DNA of 64,000 nucleotides, from the NCBI GenBank assembly GCA_000004985.1, contig GG738847.1; one strand, given 5' to 3'. Every line of letters starts with the position of its first letter. Position 1 is the first letter of the stretch. The position numbers and the translations under genes are program-made. Below, piece by piece: positions 23,901-34,499 of this stretch. The stretch comes from Naegleria gruberi (taxonomy: Eukaryota). The notes beneath the pieces are model-generated. The model did not search any database, was not told the DNA's origin, and saw nothing but the letters and a program-made list of their open reading frames with translations.

Positions 23901-25393
23901 AGAATATTCCTGAGGGATGAAATTTGTGGATTACTCGATTTACGAGGTGTTTCAGGAGATTTTTCAATGATTTTCAAGATTGGATTCTTTAAATCAATTT
24001 CGCTTGCATTGCTGACAAAACTATTCATACTACTGATACTCGTGTTGAAAGTGTCTGCAGATTGAGATTTTTCACTTAATAAGTGTGAGTATTGTTGGTT
24101 ATTTTCTAGCAACAGTAGAGGTGGACGATCAGTTGTAGCAACATGATCAGTGCTACTACTATTTACATTCTTTTTGTGCTTTGACCTCCAAGTTGAAATC
24201 TTATTCTGTATGGTAACAGAGAGTGAGAGTTTTCTCTTGTGTGGTGATTGATCAATATCTGCATTCATGAGAGATGTGGCTTCTGAAGGATTTCTATGAT
24301 GTGAAGGATTACTTCTTTCTTCTGAATCATTTGTAGTACTCTTCTTTTTTCGTTTCTGTGAAGAGTTAGAGTTGTTCGAATCGCTGGATTGTTTTCGTGG
24401 ACGAACAGGATCTGAATTCTTCTTTTTAGGACTTTGTTTAATACTACTTTTATCATTGCTATTATTACTATTATTACTAATCAGAGGTGCTGAGGAAGAA
24501 GGAGAGTTATCTTTTGAATGATTACTGCCAATAACTGATGATGAAGGTGTTGTTGGCTTGTTAGAAGAAGAAGGATTAATTGGAGAGTTGGGATTTGTTG
24601 CTTTAAGTCCTTTCAAAATATCTCCAATAGAAATCCTTGGTTGTTGTTGATTGGTCGATTCTTGAATTTTCACTTCATTATTATTATCACTATTCTTCCT
24701 ACTATTATTTTCATCCAATAACATTCCATTATTATTATCACTATTCTTCCTATTATTATTGTTCAATAATTTTCCGTGTTGTTGTTCCTCATCGTCCAAT
24801 AATATTTGATCATCATTTCTATTCGCCATCATCATTTCATCAAATTCCTTCTCATCCTCATGATTAATATCATTACCCGAAGGCATGTGATTCATCATCA
24901 TCATATTCATCATACCCGATGTTGAACAAGCCGACACCAAGGAAGTACTCAGTGTTGTTGTAGTTCCATTATTCTCAGTTTCAGACTCATCTTCAAACAT
25001 GATAATCGATGAGGGAGCTTCATGTGTCGATAGAGAGCCAACAGAGTCTCGTGTGGAGCAAAAATCTGCAGCACCAGCACCACTCTTTACATGCTGCTGA
25101 TTGCCGCCATTTTTGTTTACAGTTGTTGTAGTTAATATTGGCGGGTCTTCTTGTGATTTTGTTGTTGGTAATAATAAAAAAGCGTCGTCGTCATCTTGTT
25201 GCTCATTATTGGTGATGAAAAAAGATTTTTGATTTTGTTGTGGTGGATGATGAATATTGTTGTTATTATTTGATGGAAATTTACTCGTGTTATGGATGAT
25301 TGTAGTGGTGTTTGATTGCTGTTCTTCTTGTTGATTTATAATAGTATGTTGCAGTTGTTCGATATGAACGTTGGTAAGTTCGGGAGTGGTCAT
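20939..25393 (-). CDS. F-box protein of 1484 aa. It has a long N/S-rich low-complexity N-terminus and a large C-terminal domain of unknown function. There is an internal in-frame tandem duplication.
   Basis: F-box-like segment LESLFCADTLLLICSFCKGGNQFFILREVCSTWHSFLDDDNVWRAMY. It is a single long ORF. The duplicated 50-nt unit is at 24676-24775. Confidence 0.6.
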   Translation of the reverse strand: MTTPELTNVHIEQLQHTIINQQEEQQSNTTTIIHNTSKFPSNNNNNIHHPPQQNQKSFFITNNEQQDDDDAFLLLPTTKSQEDPPILTTTTVNKNGGNQQHVKSGAGAADFCSTRDSVGSLSTHEAPSSIIMFEDESETENNGTTTTLSTSLVSACSTSGMMNMMMMNHMPSGNDINHEDEKEFDEMMMANRNDDQILLDDEEQQHGKLLNNNNRKNSDNNNGMLLDENNSRKNSDNNNEVKIQESTNQQQPRISIGDILKGLKATNPNSPINPSSSNKPTTPSSSVIGSNHSKDNSPSSSAPLISNNSNNSNDKSSIKQSPKKKNSDPVRPRKQSSDSNNSNSSQKRKKKSTTNDSEERSNPSHHRNPSEATSLMNADIDQSPHKRKLSLSVTIQNKISTWRSKHKKNVNSSSTDHVATTDRPPLLLLENNQQYSHLLSEKSQSADTFNTSISSMNSFVSNASEIDLKNPILKIIEKSPETPRKSSNPQISSLRNILATNRQRFYSSANDMTSQYSDASPMVFSPSSPFSEDKTKSPKVSLLNFSQIVPTLFEGPKSSRTHRGEKKTIFDNIKQEEAPKRKLSLPDKPEFLNSPKHNKKLQTQPANLTQDDIFTLSPPTPTVVIPNSSRHNSPKEPIKKLESLFCADTLLLICSFCKGGNQFFILREVCSTWHSFLDDDNVWRAMYLNYLENLIKSYWDTVGAYYGFSESHPKSGLQPKKKEGISIKYRLLNKRYKFLKALQKELTTAKPINFIPTAEPEIIHVRRGTIANFKQFENLETRRRTSSSTDRLTSPRFDDLSNFVGFGFQNPTSPPSSTAIPNLMSPRKHAHSTASLFDMKKAPVKKSKPPKQEQVEELSSKQIYLELVKDETRSRIQIGLKILQPVQLVKCLVDKEYSISRMTYFFFPQLYSPVAKFLSSAKSIIVGKLEVSEKNRFMTELFQHISVQFFSLFLMGLKALKTNLITNPIDYPEFYGELRKIMPSETAKCSNSTEAQFLADKLITKYFTLVVDRLNPEISFDVLSLFMDSFARIGKNKLLVLILEKAKEKFFDYETQLTPRLTKLVDHGRGKIKHKSAESDFLHFVINKIIPSAAMEEGDYRHIVDMLFDIMQTHYGIDNKQIASHFKKLTSTTTESIIDPHISIIKACFQNNGENTVALSFFDYLIDKFSIDMNRKEILFFLLENINMAPFLDYAKKMNKIDPKFVSRCFHSKHFAEFLLTQNPTIILDRLFTFFNMDPLADFENENSFKSIEEAWKSSISTGRNLIRSSGSFKNKDNFLKIISKIEIRNNEPKPVYSLDILQIYKLLCTRFREQDKKFNLQKIDRDLNIGVNLITHVFVKDFIDRPESLYEICDLLINHSNVLIDCKILKLILMKSELVEKQTGYSSLLPNILDNASKALELILNNSAMIIPKNPNSSMKSSMHGSDIIGYSEWYLNYKLTNDPAPLVEEYIQLFERTQAFIERNRLYGNTSNFGCFSCCYMQ

Positions 25394-26030
25394 GTTTTAC
25401 AAGTTAGAGTTTCATACGGGTAGACTTTCGTGTTCTTTGATTCGAATGGAGTCAATGATTTTTTTTTTGACTTGTGGCGTGTGACTGTCACTGCTAAGCT
25501 ATCTAAAGAAGGCAAGAACCCACATAATGTGTGAATGAGAGTAAATCTTGACCGATTTGAGTGAATGGACCGCTTACAATATTGTAAGATATTAACTCGT
25601 AAAATTTTCCCTTTGAAAATAATGCGAATCAAATTAACATTTTTACAAATTTTTATACAATAACACTTTTGAATCGTTTGAGTTTCACAGATCAGTAAAT
25701 AGTATTCTGATTTGTTTAAACATGATTTACAACCCTTATTACAAAAAAATGAAACAACTGAAGATGATGATGTAGGATACGAACCAAAAATTAAAAGGCT
25801 AAAATCTGATCATCCAACCAATGTTAATATCACCATTAATTATTGTCATCAGTACTACCATATATTTAACCACACGATTGATATTTATAGATGGAGTAGA
25901 GAATCACTAGACAAATGCAATGCTCCGAAAAAAGCTTGCATATTTCGTTTGTGGCGGAATGATTTCATCCATTGACATATCATTATTGTGCCAAATAATC
26001 GAAGAAAATATAATCTCAATGTAATAATTA

Positions 26031-26324
26031 TTGGTAACCAGTGATGGATTAACTTTGCTTGGTAAGGAAACAAGCAATTATATTCTATCAACAGATGAAT
26101 GTTTCAAAAGTTATCACTATTACAAACAATCTAATAGATTGTTCTCTATCAAAGATAGCTCTATATTTGAGATCGATATTGAGATTGAAAAACACTCTGT
26201 GGTCAATCTTTTATCTAAAGATATTAGGGATGCTGTGGAAACATTAGGAGGAAAATCCAAAACATTTTCAAGCGTTCCAAAAGTTCCACTCTCTATTAAT
26301 TATTTCCAACAAAGAAATTATTAG
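26031..26324 (+). CDS. Small hypothetical ORF. The region 25712-26585 holds several short plus-strand ORFs of unclear structure.
   Basis: A 97-aa ORF with coding-like composition. No domain recognised and no clean splice junction to its neighbours. Confidence 0.2.
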   Translation: MVTSDGLTLLGKETSNYILSTDECFKSYHYYKQSNRLFSIKDSSIFEIDIEIEKHSVVNLLSKDIRDAVETLGGKSKTFSSVPKVPLSINYFQQRNY

Positions 26325-26586
26325 TTTTATCATTCACATGATATTGATGCTTCAATAATTTTGAATGTAGCCCCTGGAATAGATAGTAGTTGTAAAAGAT
26401 TGAATGTTAATGATATTGGTGAGCCAACCATAAAAGATAAGCCATTTAAATTTGTGTTTACTTACCGAATAATTCAAGATACAGACCTAATATTGATTGG
26501 TAGCAATCTCACAAAGAAAAACTATGGTATGGAAGGGGTTTTGGGATTGTTTCATGTTCAAAAGTACGCATTTTATATTAGTTAAT

Positions 26587-27645
26587 TTAATTCTTTGTAA
26601 AACTCTTCTTTACACTCTTTCTAATTTGTTTCCAAGTTCCCTTAATTCCACCATAACATTGAATATAATCAACCAAGGTCAATACAATAGTATACAATAC
26701 AAAGAAGATAATAATTGAAGCACAAACAGCTGAGCATACACTGACCACTTGATTTGCCTTTTGTTTGACACTAACTGCAAATAAGGCCCAAGAAAAGACA
26801 CTTGCAAATACGAAATCACGTTTCCAATGGAGAAAGATAATTCCCAAACAAACAATAACACCTTCCAAAATGCATGTCCAAATTACATTAGAAACTCCCC
26901 ACAATGATCTCTCATAAATATTCGATTCTGTGGTGGAAAAGTGAGTAGTGAGAGTAATGGCAATATTAATAGTGGTGGCAACACTAATCCAACCCATATA
27001 CAAACTAATCATTGGTTGAACAATCCAATATTCCCAGAAATTGCATTTTCTTGTCATGGTGAAAGAATTTACAAATTTAGCAAGAATTGAATTTCCTTGA
27101 ATGGTAGGTTTAGAATTTTCCTTTTTTGATGGTTCATAATAATGCACATTCACTCTCAAATACATTAAAATCAAACTAGCCAAAATTCCAAACATGAAAA
27201 CCAAACTCAACCACAACAATCCAATATTTCCACGTGCAGAATATTGCCAAGCAAACATCCACAAACAATTAAAAAGGAAATTGACAGGTAATAGGATTGA
27301 AATCTTTTCATTCAACAGTTCATTATTTCTTCCCATAATCAAGCTCTGAACAGTATTAATAACAATTACCAAGGCAATGAATGTATAAATTAATCCCCAA
27401 ATGGAAAATGCATAACCTGCAGGAGTGAGTGGAGTTTCATATTCATCAGAAACCTTTCCAGTTGGAATGTTATTCAAAATTCCAGCCGCTCCCAATGCAT
27501 TCACTATAATTACCAATATAAAACCAATGATATTGAGGGCAGGAATTAATCGGAGTTGAATCTTTTGAAATTTTGATGGAGATGGTGCAGAATTTGTGTT
27601 TGCTGATTCGTTCATCATTGGATCTTCATTTGTTTCTTCATACAT
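26587..27645 (-). CDS. Multi-pass integral membrane protein of 352 aa with about 7-8 TM segments. The N-terminal TM has a TspO/MBR-like PxxYAFSIWGLIY motif. Family uncertain.
   Basis: Several hydrophobic stretches, for example IGFILVIIVNALGAAGIL, AFSIWGLIYTFIALVIVI, LLWLSLVFMFGILASLILMYL. Confidence 0.5.
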   Translation of the reverse strand: MYEETNEDPMMNESANTNSAPSPSKFQKIQLRLIPALNIIGFILVIIVNALGAAGILNNIPTGKVSDEYETPLTPAGYAFSIWGLIYTFIALVIVINTVQSLIMGRNNELLNEKISILLPVNFLFNCLWMFAWQYSARGNIGLLWLSLVFMFGILASLILMYLRVNVHYYEPSKKENSKPTIQGNSILAKFVNSFTMTRKCNFWEYWIVQPMISLYMGWISVATTINIAITLTTHFSTTESNIYERSLWGVSNVIWTCILEGVIVCLGIIFLHWKRDFVFASVFSWALFAVSVKQKANQVVSVCSAVCASIIIFFVLYTIVLTLVDYIQCYGGIKGTWKQIRKSVKKSFTKN

Positions 27646-27842
27646 TTTTGAATAGTAATAAAATAAATATTGTGATTATTGTTGATGCTTGTTGTATTGT
27701 TTTTTTATGTTGTTTTTCAAAAATCTAGGGTTAAATCTGAAAAGTTGAGATTCAAGTATGGATAATTGTCGTAGAATTGCGTACTTGAGGCGCGCTTTAC
27801 AATCGAAGATAAAATATTATATCAATGATGAATTGAAGTTGT

Positions 27843-29063
27843 TTATTCGTTTTGATGAGAATGTGTTATTAAGGAATGGTTTCGTATTTGAAGTAGATAC
27901 CAATGTAGTAATTTGAGCTTTGTCAATATTCTACTAATTGCATAATTCCAATTCTCTGTCGATTTGTTCATCATTGGAAAATTGAGACATTTGAGAATGA
28001 CTTTCAAAGTCTTGTCCTCCAGGAAGAATGTCGAATGTTCTGAAATAAATAACTTTTCTGGTGCATGTGTTTCCAAGTGATTACACAAATCGTAGAGAAT
28101 TCTAGTGAAATATTTGACTCCCTCATTGAAATTGGATGTATTGTTTCCATTCAGGAATAAATCAAAGGTTTTTCCTTCATAGTAAATTTGAGTGAATTCT
28201 CCTAAGAATATTAAGTTTGCTTTGCTATCTGAATTGTAATGATTCAATGGAGGTGGAAGATTTTGGATATCCTTAATGAGAGAAAAGAGCATTTGACAGC
28301 ATCTAGTCCAACCATGATTGCTGTCATGTATTATTTGTGAATCAGAACGATTTCTGTCAATACTCAAAATATAGCCATCAATTGTACTTTTCGAGTAATC
28401 AATGAGACAGAAACTTGGACTTATTGAACCCCTATTCATTAATAGCAATCTCTCTTCTTTCAATACTTTGTCAATTTCTATATCCATTAAAAGCTCATTA
28501 TTCTCCTTCCAATAAAATTCCTCCTCTAATTGACAGATTTTTACAAATTCTGCATCAAGATTTGGCTGCTGATTTTTCTGTAGTTTTTCTATAGATAATT
28601 GAAGAGTCTTTTCCTCTTCCAATAATTCCATATATTCCAATTCCAATTTTTCAATAAGATTTCTCTCATCCCCATCCTTACCTTCTTCCACTTTCTTCTC
28701 ATATATCTGAATTGATTTCTCCAAAAATTTAATTTCATTCCCAAAAACGTTAAACACTTCTTCCAAACATTTCCAACACGTCACTTTAAAATCTTTACAA
28801 ATTCTCCCTTCACCAATCATTTTCTCAAAATATTGCACAATCAATTCATCATCATCATTATCAATTTGATCCATTAAAATTAATTTCCAATTAATTTTAG
28901 ATTCAAATTCTTCATCATTTTCTTCATTTTCTTTGCTGGGAAGAGGAAAAATTAGTAAATTACAAGAAAGACAATGTAGAGGTGCATTCGGATCATTTTC
29001 TTGTGGTTGGTGGTGCTGTTCTGATGAGTGGCTGTATAATTGTGAAGAGGTGAGGTTTGCCAT
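27843..29063 (-). CDS. Protein with two CxxC motifs, a coiled-coil and a C-terminal BARA-like domain, in the style of Beclin-1/Atg6/Atg14/UVRAG. It is a candidate PI3K-complex autophagy subunit.
   Basis: HCLSCN and TCWKCLEE CxxC motifs. A heptad-rich region KFLEKSIQIYEKKVEEG...LELEYMELLEEEKTLQLSIEKLQK. The C-terminal blocks FCLIDYSKSTIDGYILSIDR / DSNHGWTRCCQMLFSLIKDI / FDLFLNG...VKYFTRILYDLCNHL align loosely with Beclin BARA blocks FHIWHSGQFGTINNFRLGR / EINAAWGQTVLLLHAL / LYCSGG...MVAFLDCVQQF. Confidence 0.35.
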   Translation of the reverse strand: MANLTSSQLYSHSSEQHHQPQENDPNAPLHCLSCNLLIFPLPSKENEENDEEFESKINWKLILMDQIDNDDDELIVQYFEKMIGEGRICKDFKVTCWKCLEEVFNVFGNEIKFLEKSIQIYEKKVEEGKDGDERNLIEKLELEYMELLEEEKTLQLSIEKLQKNQQPNLDAEFVKICQLEEEFYWKENNELLMDIEIDKVLKEERLLLMNRGSISPSFCLIDYSKSTIDGYILSIDRNRSDSQIIHDSNHGWTRCCQMLFSLIKDIQNLPPPLNHYNSDSKANLIFLGEFTQIYYEGKTFDLFLNGNNTSNFNEGVKYFTRILYDLCNHLETHAPEKLFISEHSTFFLEDKTLKVILKCLNFPMMNKSTENWNYAISRILTKLKLLHWYLLQIRNHSLITHSHQNE

Positions 29064-29516
29064 TTTTTTTTTGAAAATTCCTAATATTGGAATCACGTTT
29101 TGTTGTAAACTTGAAACTCTTTTTCACGTTTTGGATTTATTGAAGATTGAAATTGTTCTCAATCTTTTTTAATCTAATAATTTTATTGTAATGTTTAGTC
29201 AACCCGACTAGAGTCGGAAATCAAACTGAAATATCTTTATCTCCAAGCACATGGAATCCAAACTAAATTTACAACAACTATTCAATACAGTAAATAGTAG
29301 TGTGTGTTTTTGACTTTACTTTTTCCAAACATTCTTAAAAAGTTAACCTTCCAAATCCTCTTCTCCAAAATTATCATCATCACCAAACTCCAACCAACAC
29401 CAAACAACACAATCAGCAAACACCATCAAACAATCAACGTTATTAATTTTTGCTTTGTGTTTGTGTGCTGAGATTTTCAATTCATTCGTGCTTGGACCTC
29501 ACAAGCTTAAAAAAAA
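29064..29516. promoter_or_regulatory. Divergent intergenic/promoter region between the Beclin-like gene (-) and the ephrin-like receptor gene (+). It contains a GC-rich near-palindrome, CCGACTAGAGTCGG, at about 29204-29217.
   Basis: Gene starts at 29063 (-) and 29517 (+). A CG-containing inverted repeat in an otherwise AT-rich spacer. Confidence 0.4.
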
Positions 29517-32500
29517 ATGTCCACTCGCAAAAGTTGTAAAAGAGAATCATCATCTCTGATAATGATGATGATGGTGCTGATGGTGGTAGTGTTCATGTCA
29601 TGCTCGGTGTTGTTGGTTGAGGGACAAACGTGTGCAGCCAATAAGAAGTATCCGAATAGTTATACTCATTGTGTGGGATTGACTTGTGGAGGAACAACAC
29701 CAATGATCTTTGTTAATAATCCAACATCACCAACCAGATCGGTTAGGAGAGAATTATCTCATCATCATCTTTAACTAGTAGTAGTAGTAGCACTTCAGAA
29801 GAAATTGTATTGAGAGGAGATTTGCCTCTCACTGTTGGTTGTACATGTGATCCACTGGTTGATATTGGTGCTCGTTTTACTCAGTGTGATAATTCAACAA
29901 ATACTAAATCAGCCTTCTACTTTTACAAACCACCTGCTGTATGTACAGGATATGAATTACCAACTCCAATCAGTGGTCTTCCATGTGATTTGGTTTGTGA
30001 GGAAGGCACTCGTTTGGATGTTAACTCAAAGAAGTGTTTACATTGTGAGCCTGGTAGTTATGCCCACAGTGGTGAATTGTCCATGATTAGTTGGACTTCT
30101 ACTGGTCTCGATCTTGATACCAATACTGGTATGTTTTTAATAATTTAATATTTAATCTAATTCTCTCTCTATTAATTCATTCATTCTGATCCTCGATCCT
30201 CTATCAAATCCTACGATTGTTATTATCTGATCTTACATTATTATTAATTAATATTTACAGAATCACCTGTTTTCCCACCACAAATGCGTTCCTATTGCAG
30301 TAATTATGCTTGGAGTTCAGCATGTTCACCTTGGCAACCAAGAGGTGATTATGTTGACAGTGGTAATAATAGAGGAAAAAACTTTGCAAAGAATTACCTT
30401 GAATTTTATGTTGAAATTTCACAACTTGCTGTTGATAGTGGAAATGCTAGTGTTTCTTTTGAATATCAAGTTGATGCTGAACAATTTTATGACTTTTTCT
30501 TTTTCGGAATTGATAGTACTCAAGATTTCCTCATGAGAGCAGATCAACAACTTACTTGGAAGAAGCAAACATTTAAATTCAATAAGGCTGGTTTCCACAC
30601 CTTGATTTGGGCCTATATTAAGGACAGTTCAAAGGATGAAGGTGAAGATAGAGCCAAGGTTAGAAATATTGTTATCAATGGTTCTGTTGATAAGGAAGTT
30701 GTTCTCAGATGTGAACTTTGTCCTAAGGGATCTGCTTCTGATGGTACTGTTCCATGTCAAAAGTGTCAACCAGGTACCTATGCTGATGAAGAAGGTTTGG
30801 ATCAATGTAAGCCATGTGCTCCTGGAAAGACTTCTTTCTCTGGATCTACAGATTGTTTCTTGGCTGATATTCCTTGTACTTCAGCTGATTATTCATACAG
30901 ATATGGATCCACTTGTGAAAATGATTTGAGAACTATGGAATATTTCTGGGTTTCACCAATCATTTGTAATGCATCCAATCCAGATAGCGCTCCATTACCA
31001 GCATTATCTAATACTAAATGCTCTGAAACACTCAAATGTCCACTCGGTATGAAAAAGTCCATTCAAGGAAATATTCAATCCTGTGTTTATTGTGAACCTG
31101 GTTCATTCAATGATCATGATAATCGTAATAATAATGAAACTGAAACTGATACTCAACTCAGATCAATTCAACATGCTGAAACTGAATGTGAAGCTTGTCA
31201 AACCAATGAAGCTTCCAAATATAAGGTTGTTCATATTTATGATGTTGTAGCTGGAATTTCATCACCATATGTTTCCAGTTGTACTGGTGAATGTATGTCT
31301 GCTATTGGTTGGAGAGATCTTGGTGCTGTTGGTTTGGATTCGGGTACTAGTAATGGTAAATCAGTTGCCAAAGTCTTGTTCCAAAACATGCCAACTGTAA
31401 GTATGGAAGAAGATGTTACTCCATATTTCAGTACCAGATTGTTCCTTTCATGCCCAGCTAACAGTGGAAATAGAGTTGACTTTTTAATTGATGGTGTTGT
31501 AAGAAAGTCAGTCTTTTGTGGAGGATGCATTCCATTCGAACAAGATGAAAATGAAATTGAGGAAGATTGGATGACTGTCGATGTTCCATTAACCCTTACT
31601 GAACGTAAGAAGCTTCCATTGACCTTTGAAGTTTACTTTGTTTCTGTTAATCCTGTTTCTACTGTTAATGATACTTACAATTGTGATCGTGCTGTTATTT
31701 CAAAGGTTTCACTCTATGGTGTTGCCAATCAAGGAGGTGCTGTAGTTTGTAAGACATGTGCAGGTGGTAAATATCCATTGTTGGATGAATGTAAGGATTG
31801 TGCTGCTGGTTCTTATTCACCTCCTGGTAGTGCCAGTTGTGGTATTTGTAATGCTAATCAATTCAGTTATAATGCTAGTGATCGTTGTTATGATTGTGGT
31901 GAAGGACAAACTAGTGCTAAGGGAAGTCAAGCTTGTTCATGGAAAGGCCAAGTTTGTGAAAATACTCATAATGTTGGTGGTGCTGACAAGACATTCAATA
32001 TGAATAAGTTTAGTGAATTATTAGGTGGAGCCAGATTCTATAATCCAACCATCCTTGATGCCTCATTCTACTTTGACATTTGTAAGAATCCATCCTCTGT
32101 TAATCTTCGTTCAAATATTTTCAATTTCCAAGAACAGGAATTATATGATCTCATTAAGCCATTGAATAGCATGATGGAAGTTGGTGAATATGCCAGTGTT
32201 TGTCCAGCCAATTCCTATGCTTGTATCAGATATAGAAATGGTCAAGTTGTTGATTTTGGTAACTCTCTTTCCATGACTCCAATTCTCGATAGCCACAATG
32301 TTGGTGTCAATATCACTTTGAGAAATTATCAAAATGTATGCTATAACAATGTTACTGGAAGAGATGGTCCATCAATGATTAGTGTTATTGCCATGTGTAC
32401 TACAGACAGTGCCACTGAATCTTCTCTTGCTGACTCTCCAAGAATTGTTGCCACTGACGACAGCAGATGTAACTTCCGTTTGGAAACATTGTCCATTCAT

Positions 32501-32839
32501 GGTTGTCCATTGTGTACTGAAAGCAATTTCAATCGTTTGGAAGGTGAATGTTCCTCTGAAACAAAGACCAGAACAATCAGATATGCCAGAAAGGAAGGAT
32601 TGGTCAATAAGTGTGCCAGAGGAGATGGTGATTTGACCAATGTTGTCAAGACTGAAGCTTGTGAGCCACTCTCAATTACTGCTCCATATTGGATTGTTGC
32701 CATTGTATTGGTTGTTGGTTTGGTCATTGTCATTGGTATTTCAATTGTTGCTGTCTTTTTATACTTTAAATACAGATCTATGGCTAAGAAGTATTACAGT
32801 CAAATAAGAGATGATGATACAACTAATCAAACTCTTTAG
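29517..32839 (+). CDS. Type I transmembrane glycoprotein with a signal peptide, several ephrin-receptor-like / TNFR-type cysteine-rich repeats, one TM and a short cytoplasmic tail. The architecture is reminiscent of ELAPOR/KIAA1324. Exons are 29517-29774 (?), about 29775/29810-30128 and 30261-32839.
   Basis: Signal peptide MMMMVLMVVVFMSCSVLLVEG. Repeats CELCPKGSASDGTVPCQKCQPGTYADEEGLDQCKPCAPGKTSFSGSTDC and CKTCAGGKYPLLDECKDCAAGSYSPPGSASCGICNANQFSYNASDRCYDCGEGQTSAKGSQAC. TM VAIVLVVGLVIVIGISIVAVFLYF. Intron GTATGT(30129)...AG(30260) is verified in frame. The exon 1/2 junction is unresolved, with a frame change near 29740-29810. Confidence 0.6.
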
Positions 32840-32946
32840 TGTGAACATTAACTTGTGAATAAATGTAATTAATCAATAATGGAACCTAGTGATCAATCCG
32901 ATTTGACAAGTTTCAAATATTATTCGAAATTAAAATTTAAAAAAAA

Positions 32947-34255
32947 ATGGCAACCTCATCACTCACAACAACCTTGACCAATTCACGTCCCTTCCTCATC
33001 GATGATTTATTAGAAGTAAACATTTACAAGGGCACTTCATTCCCAGTCACTGATTTGGATGGAACTAGTGATCCATACATTATTGTAAACAAAACTTCAA
33101 GTCAAAAGAATCAACCTGTTAAAACAAGTGTCATTCACAATTGTTTAAATCCCGTTTGGAATGAACAAGCAAAACTTGTTTATTCTACTATTAACAAATT
33201 TGATGGATTAAAATTTCAAGTTATGGATAAAGATCATTTGACTAGAGATGTAAGTTGTGTTTTTTTTATTGGAAACTTTAATTTGTGAATATATTATTAT
33301 TTATTTATTTGAATATATATAGGATAATGTTGGTGAGATTTGTATTGATATGAAATCTCTTCCTATCAATGTTTCTAAAAAAGATGTTAGAGCAATTAGT
33401 TCTAAATATTCCAATTCGAAACTTGAATTCGAATATCAATTGACTAGAATGGATCCATTGTTTTTGAATGCAACGATTGATCCATCTACTCAATTACAAT
33501 CATTTTCAAATTCAAAACTTGAAGGTTTGAATTTATTTATTCCAAAATCTTGGAAATTCATTGATTATCATCACGAATCACCACATTACAAAATTGGTAA
33601 TTTAGATTCGAATAGTGTTGTTACATTCTTGACTGAAAAGGGAAAGAATGATGAAACTGATGTTCACATTGATGTTTGTGAACATGTTAGTTTACAAATT
33701 GTAAACAGTTTGGAAAAATTCCATTCACGTGTTGAATTATTTGATTCCATTTATAGAAATCATTTACAACATTACAATGAAGCTGATTTTGAATTGGTTA
33801 ATGAAGAAGAAGGAAATCACAAATCAGATTATTTTGCAATTGGAAAATTATTCGAAAAGGAAGATAATTTACAATATTATCAATCTCAATATGTTTTTAG
33901 AAAGAAATCTAAAGGTTCAGTTAATGAATCAGGACTCAAGATTCGTTATTTCCTTGTTGGAGAAAGTAGTGGAGATATGGATAAGGTTTTAATTGTTAAA
34001 TTTGCAACTGAACATTCATTATTCGAAACCTTGTCAATGCATCAAACTAATCCTTCTTTAGTTTCTAAAAAGACAGATACCACTGGTTCTCATCTTCCTC
34101 TCATTGCTCAACCTTCTTTCGTATTGAAAAATTTACCACCAATTCCATTCTTGAAACAAGAAGAAACTACTCAATCAGAAACTTCACAAGTTTTGAATTA
34201 TAGAAAGATTGTTAGTGAATTACAACAAGTACTAATCAAATTAAGTTTCGATTAG
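32947..34255 (+). CDS. N-terminal C2-domain protein of about 412 aa in two exons (32947-33249 and 33323-34255, 73-nt GTAAGT...AG intron, phase 0).
   Basis: C2 signature TDLDGTSDPYIIVNK...NCLNPVWNEQAKLVYS...FQVMDKDHLTRD|DNVGEICIDM. Both exon frames verified. Confidence 0.7.
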
Positions 34256-34499
34256 GTTGTTTTCATCACTATTTCGATTATTTTCATTTAATTAACAGGA
34301 ATGAGAAATTAGTCGAATCAAATTTAAATAAAATTGTAAAGAATTTCATGTTAAACAGTAATGTTTGGTGAAAATAATGAAATTTGATCGAGAATATTAT
34401 GATCTGATGAAAAGTAATTGTTTCTAATACATTTTCATGTAGATTCGAATACTTGTAAAACGTCACTTGATTTGTTTGTCAAAATAATAATCAAAAAAA

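Noticed and set aside
20939-25393. C-terminal CCYMQ of the F-box protein as a CaaX prenylation box
   Set aside because: Tyr at the a1 position and the lack of an upstream polybasic or second-signal context make prenylation speculative. It was noted but not called.
25394-26585. Defined gene model for the short plus-strand ORFs 25712-25975, 26031-26324 and 26361-26585
   Set aside because: I could not find frame-compatible GT...AG junctions or recognisable domains. Only one ORF is listed at low confidence. The region may be a small multi-exon gene or UTR.
27843-29096. Confident Beclin-1 ortholog call
   Set aside because: The conserved BARA aromatic finger (FHIWHSG) is absent and the similarity is block-wise only. 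Atg14, UVRAG or another coiled-coil BARA protein is equally possible, so it is kept as low-confidence.
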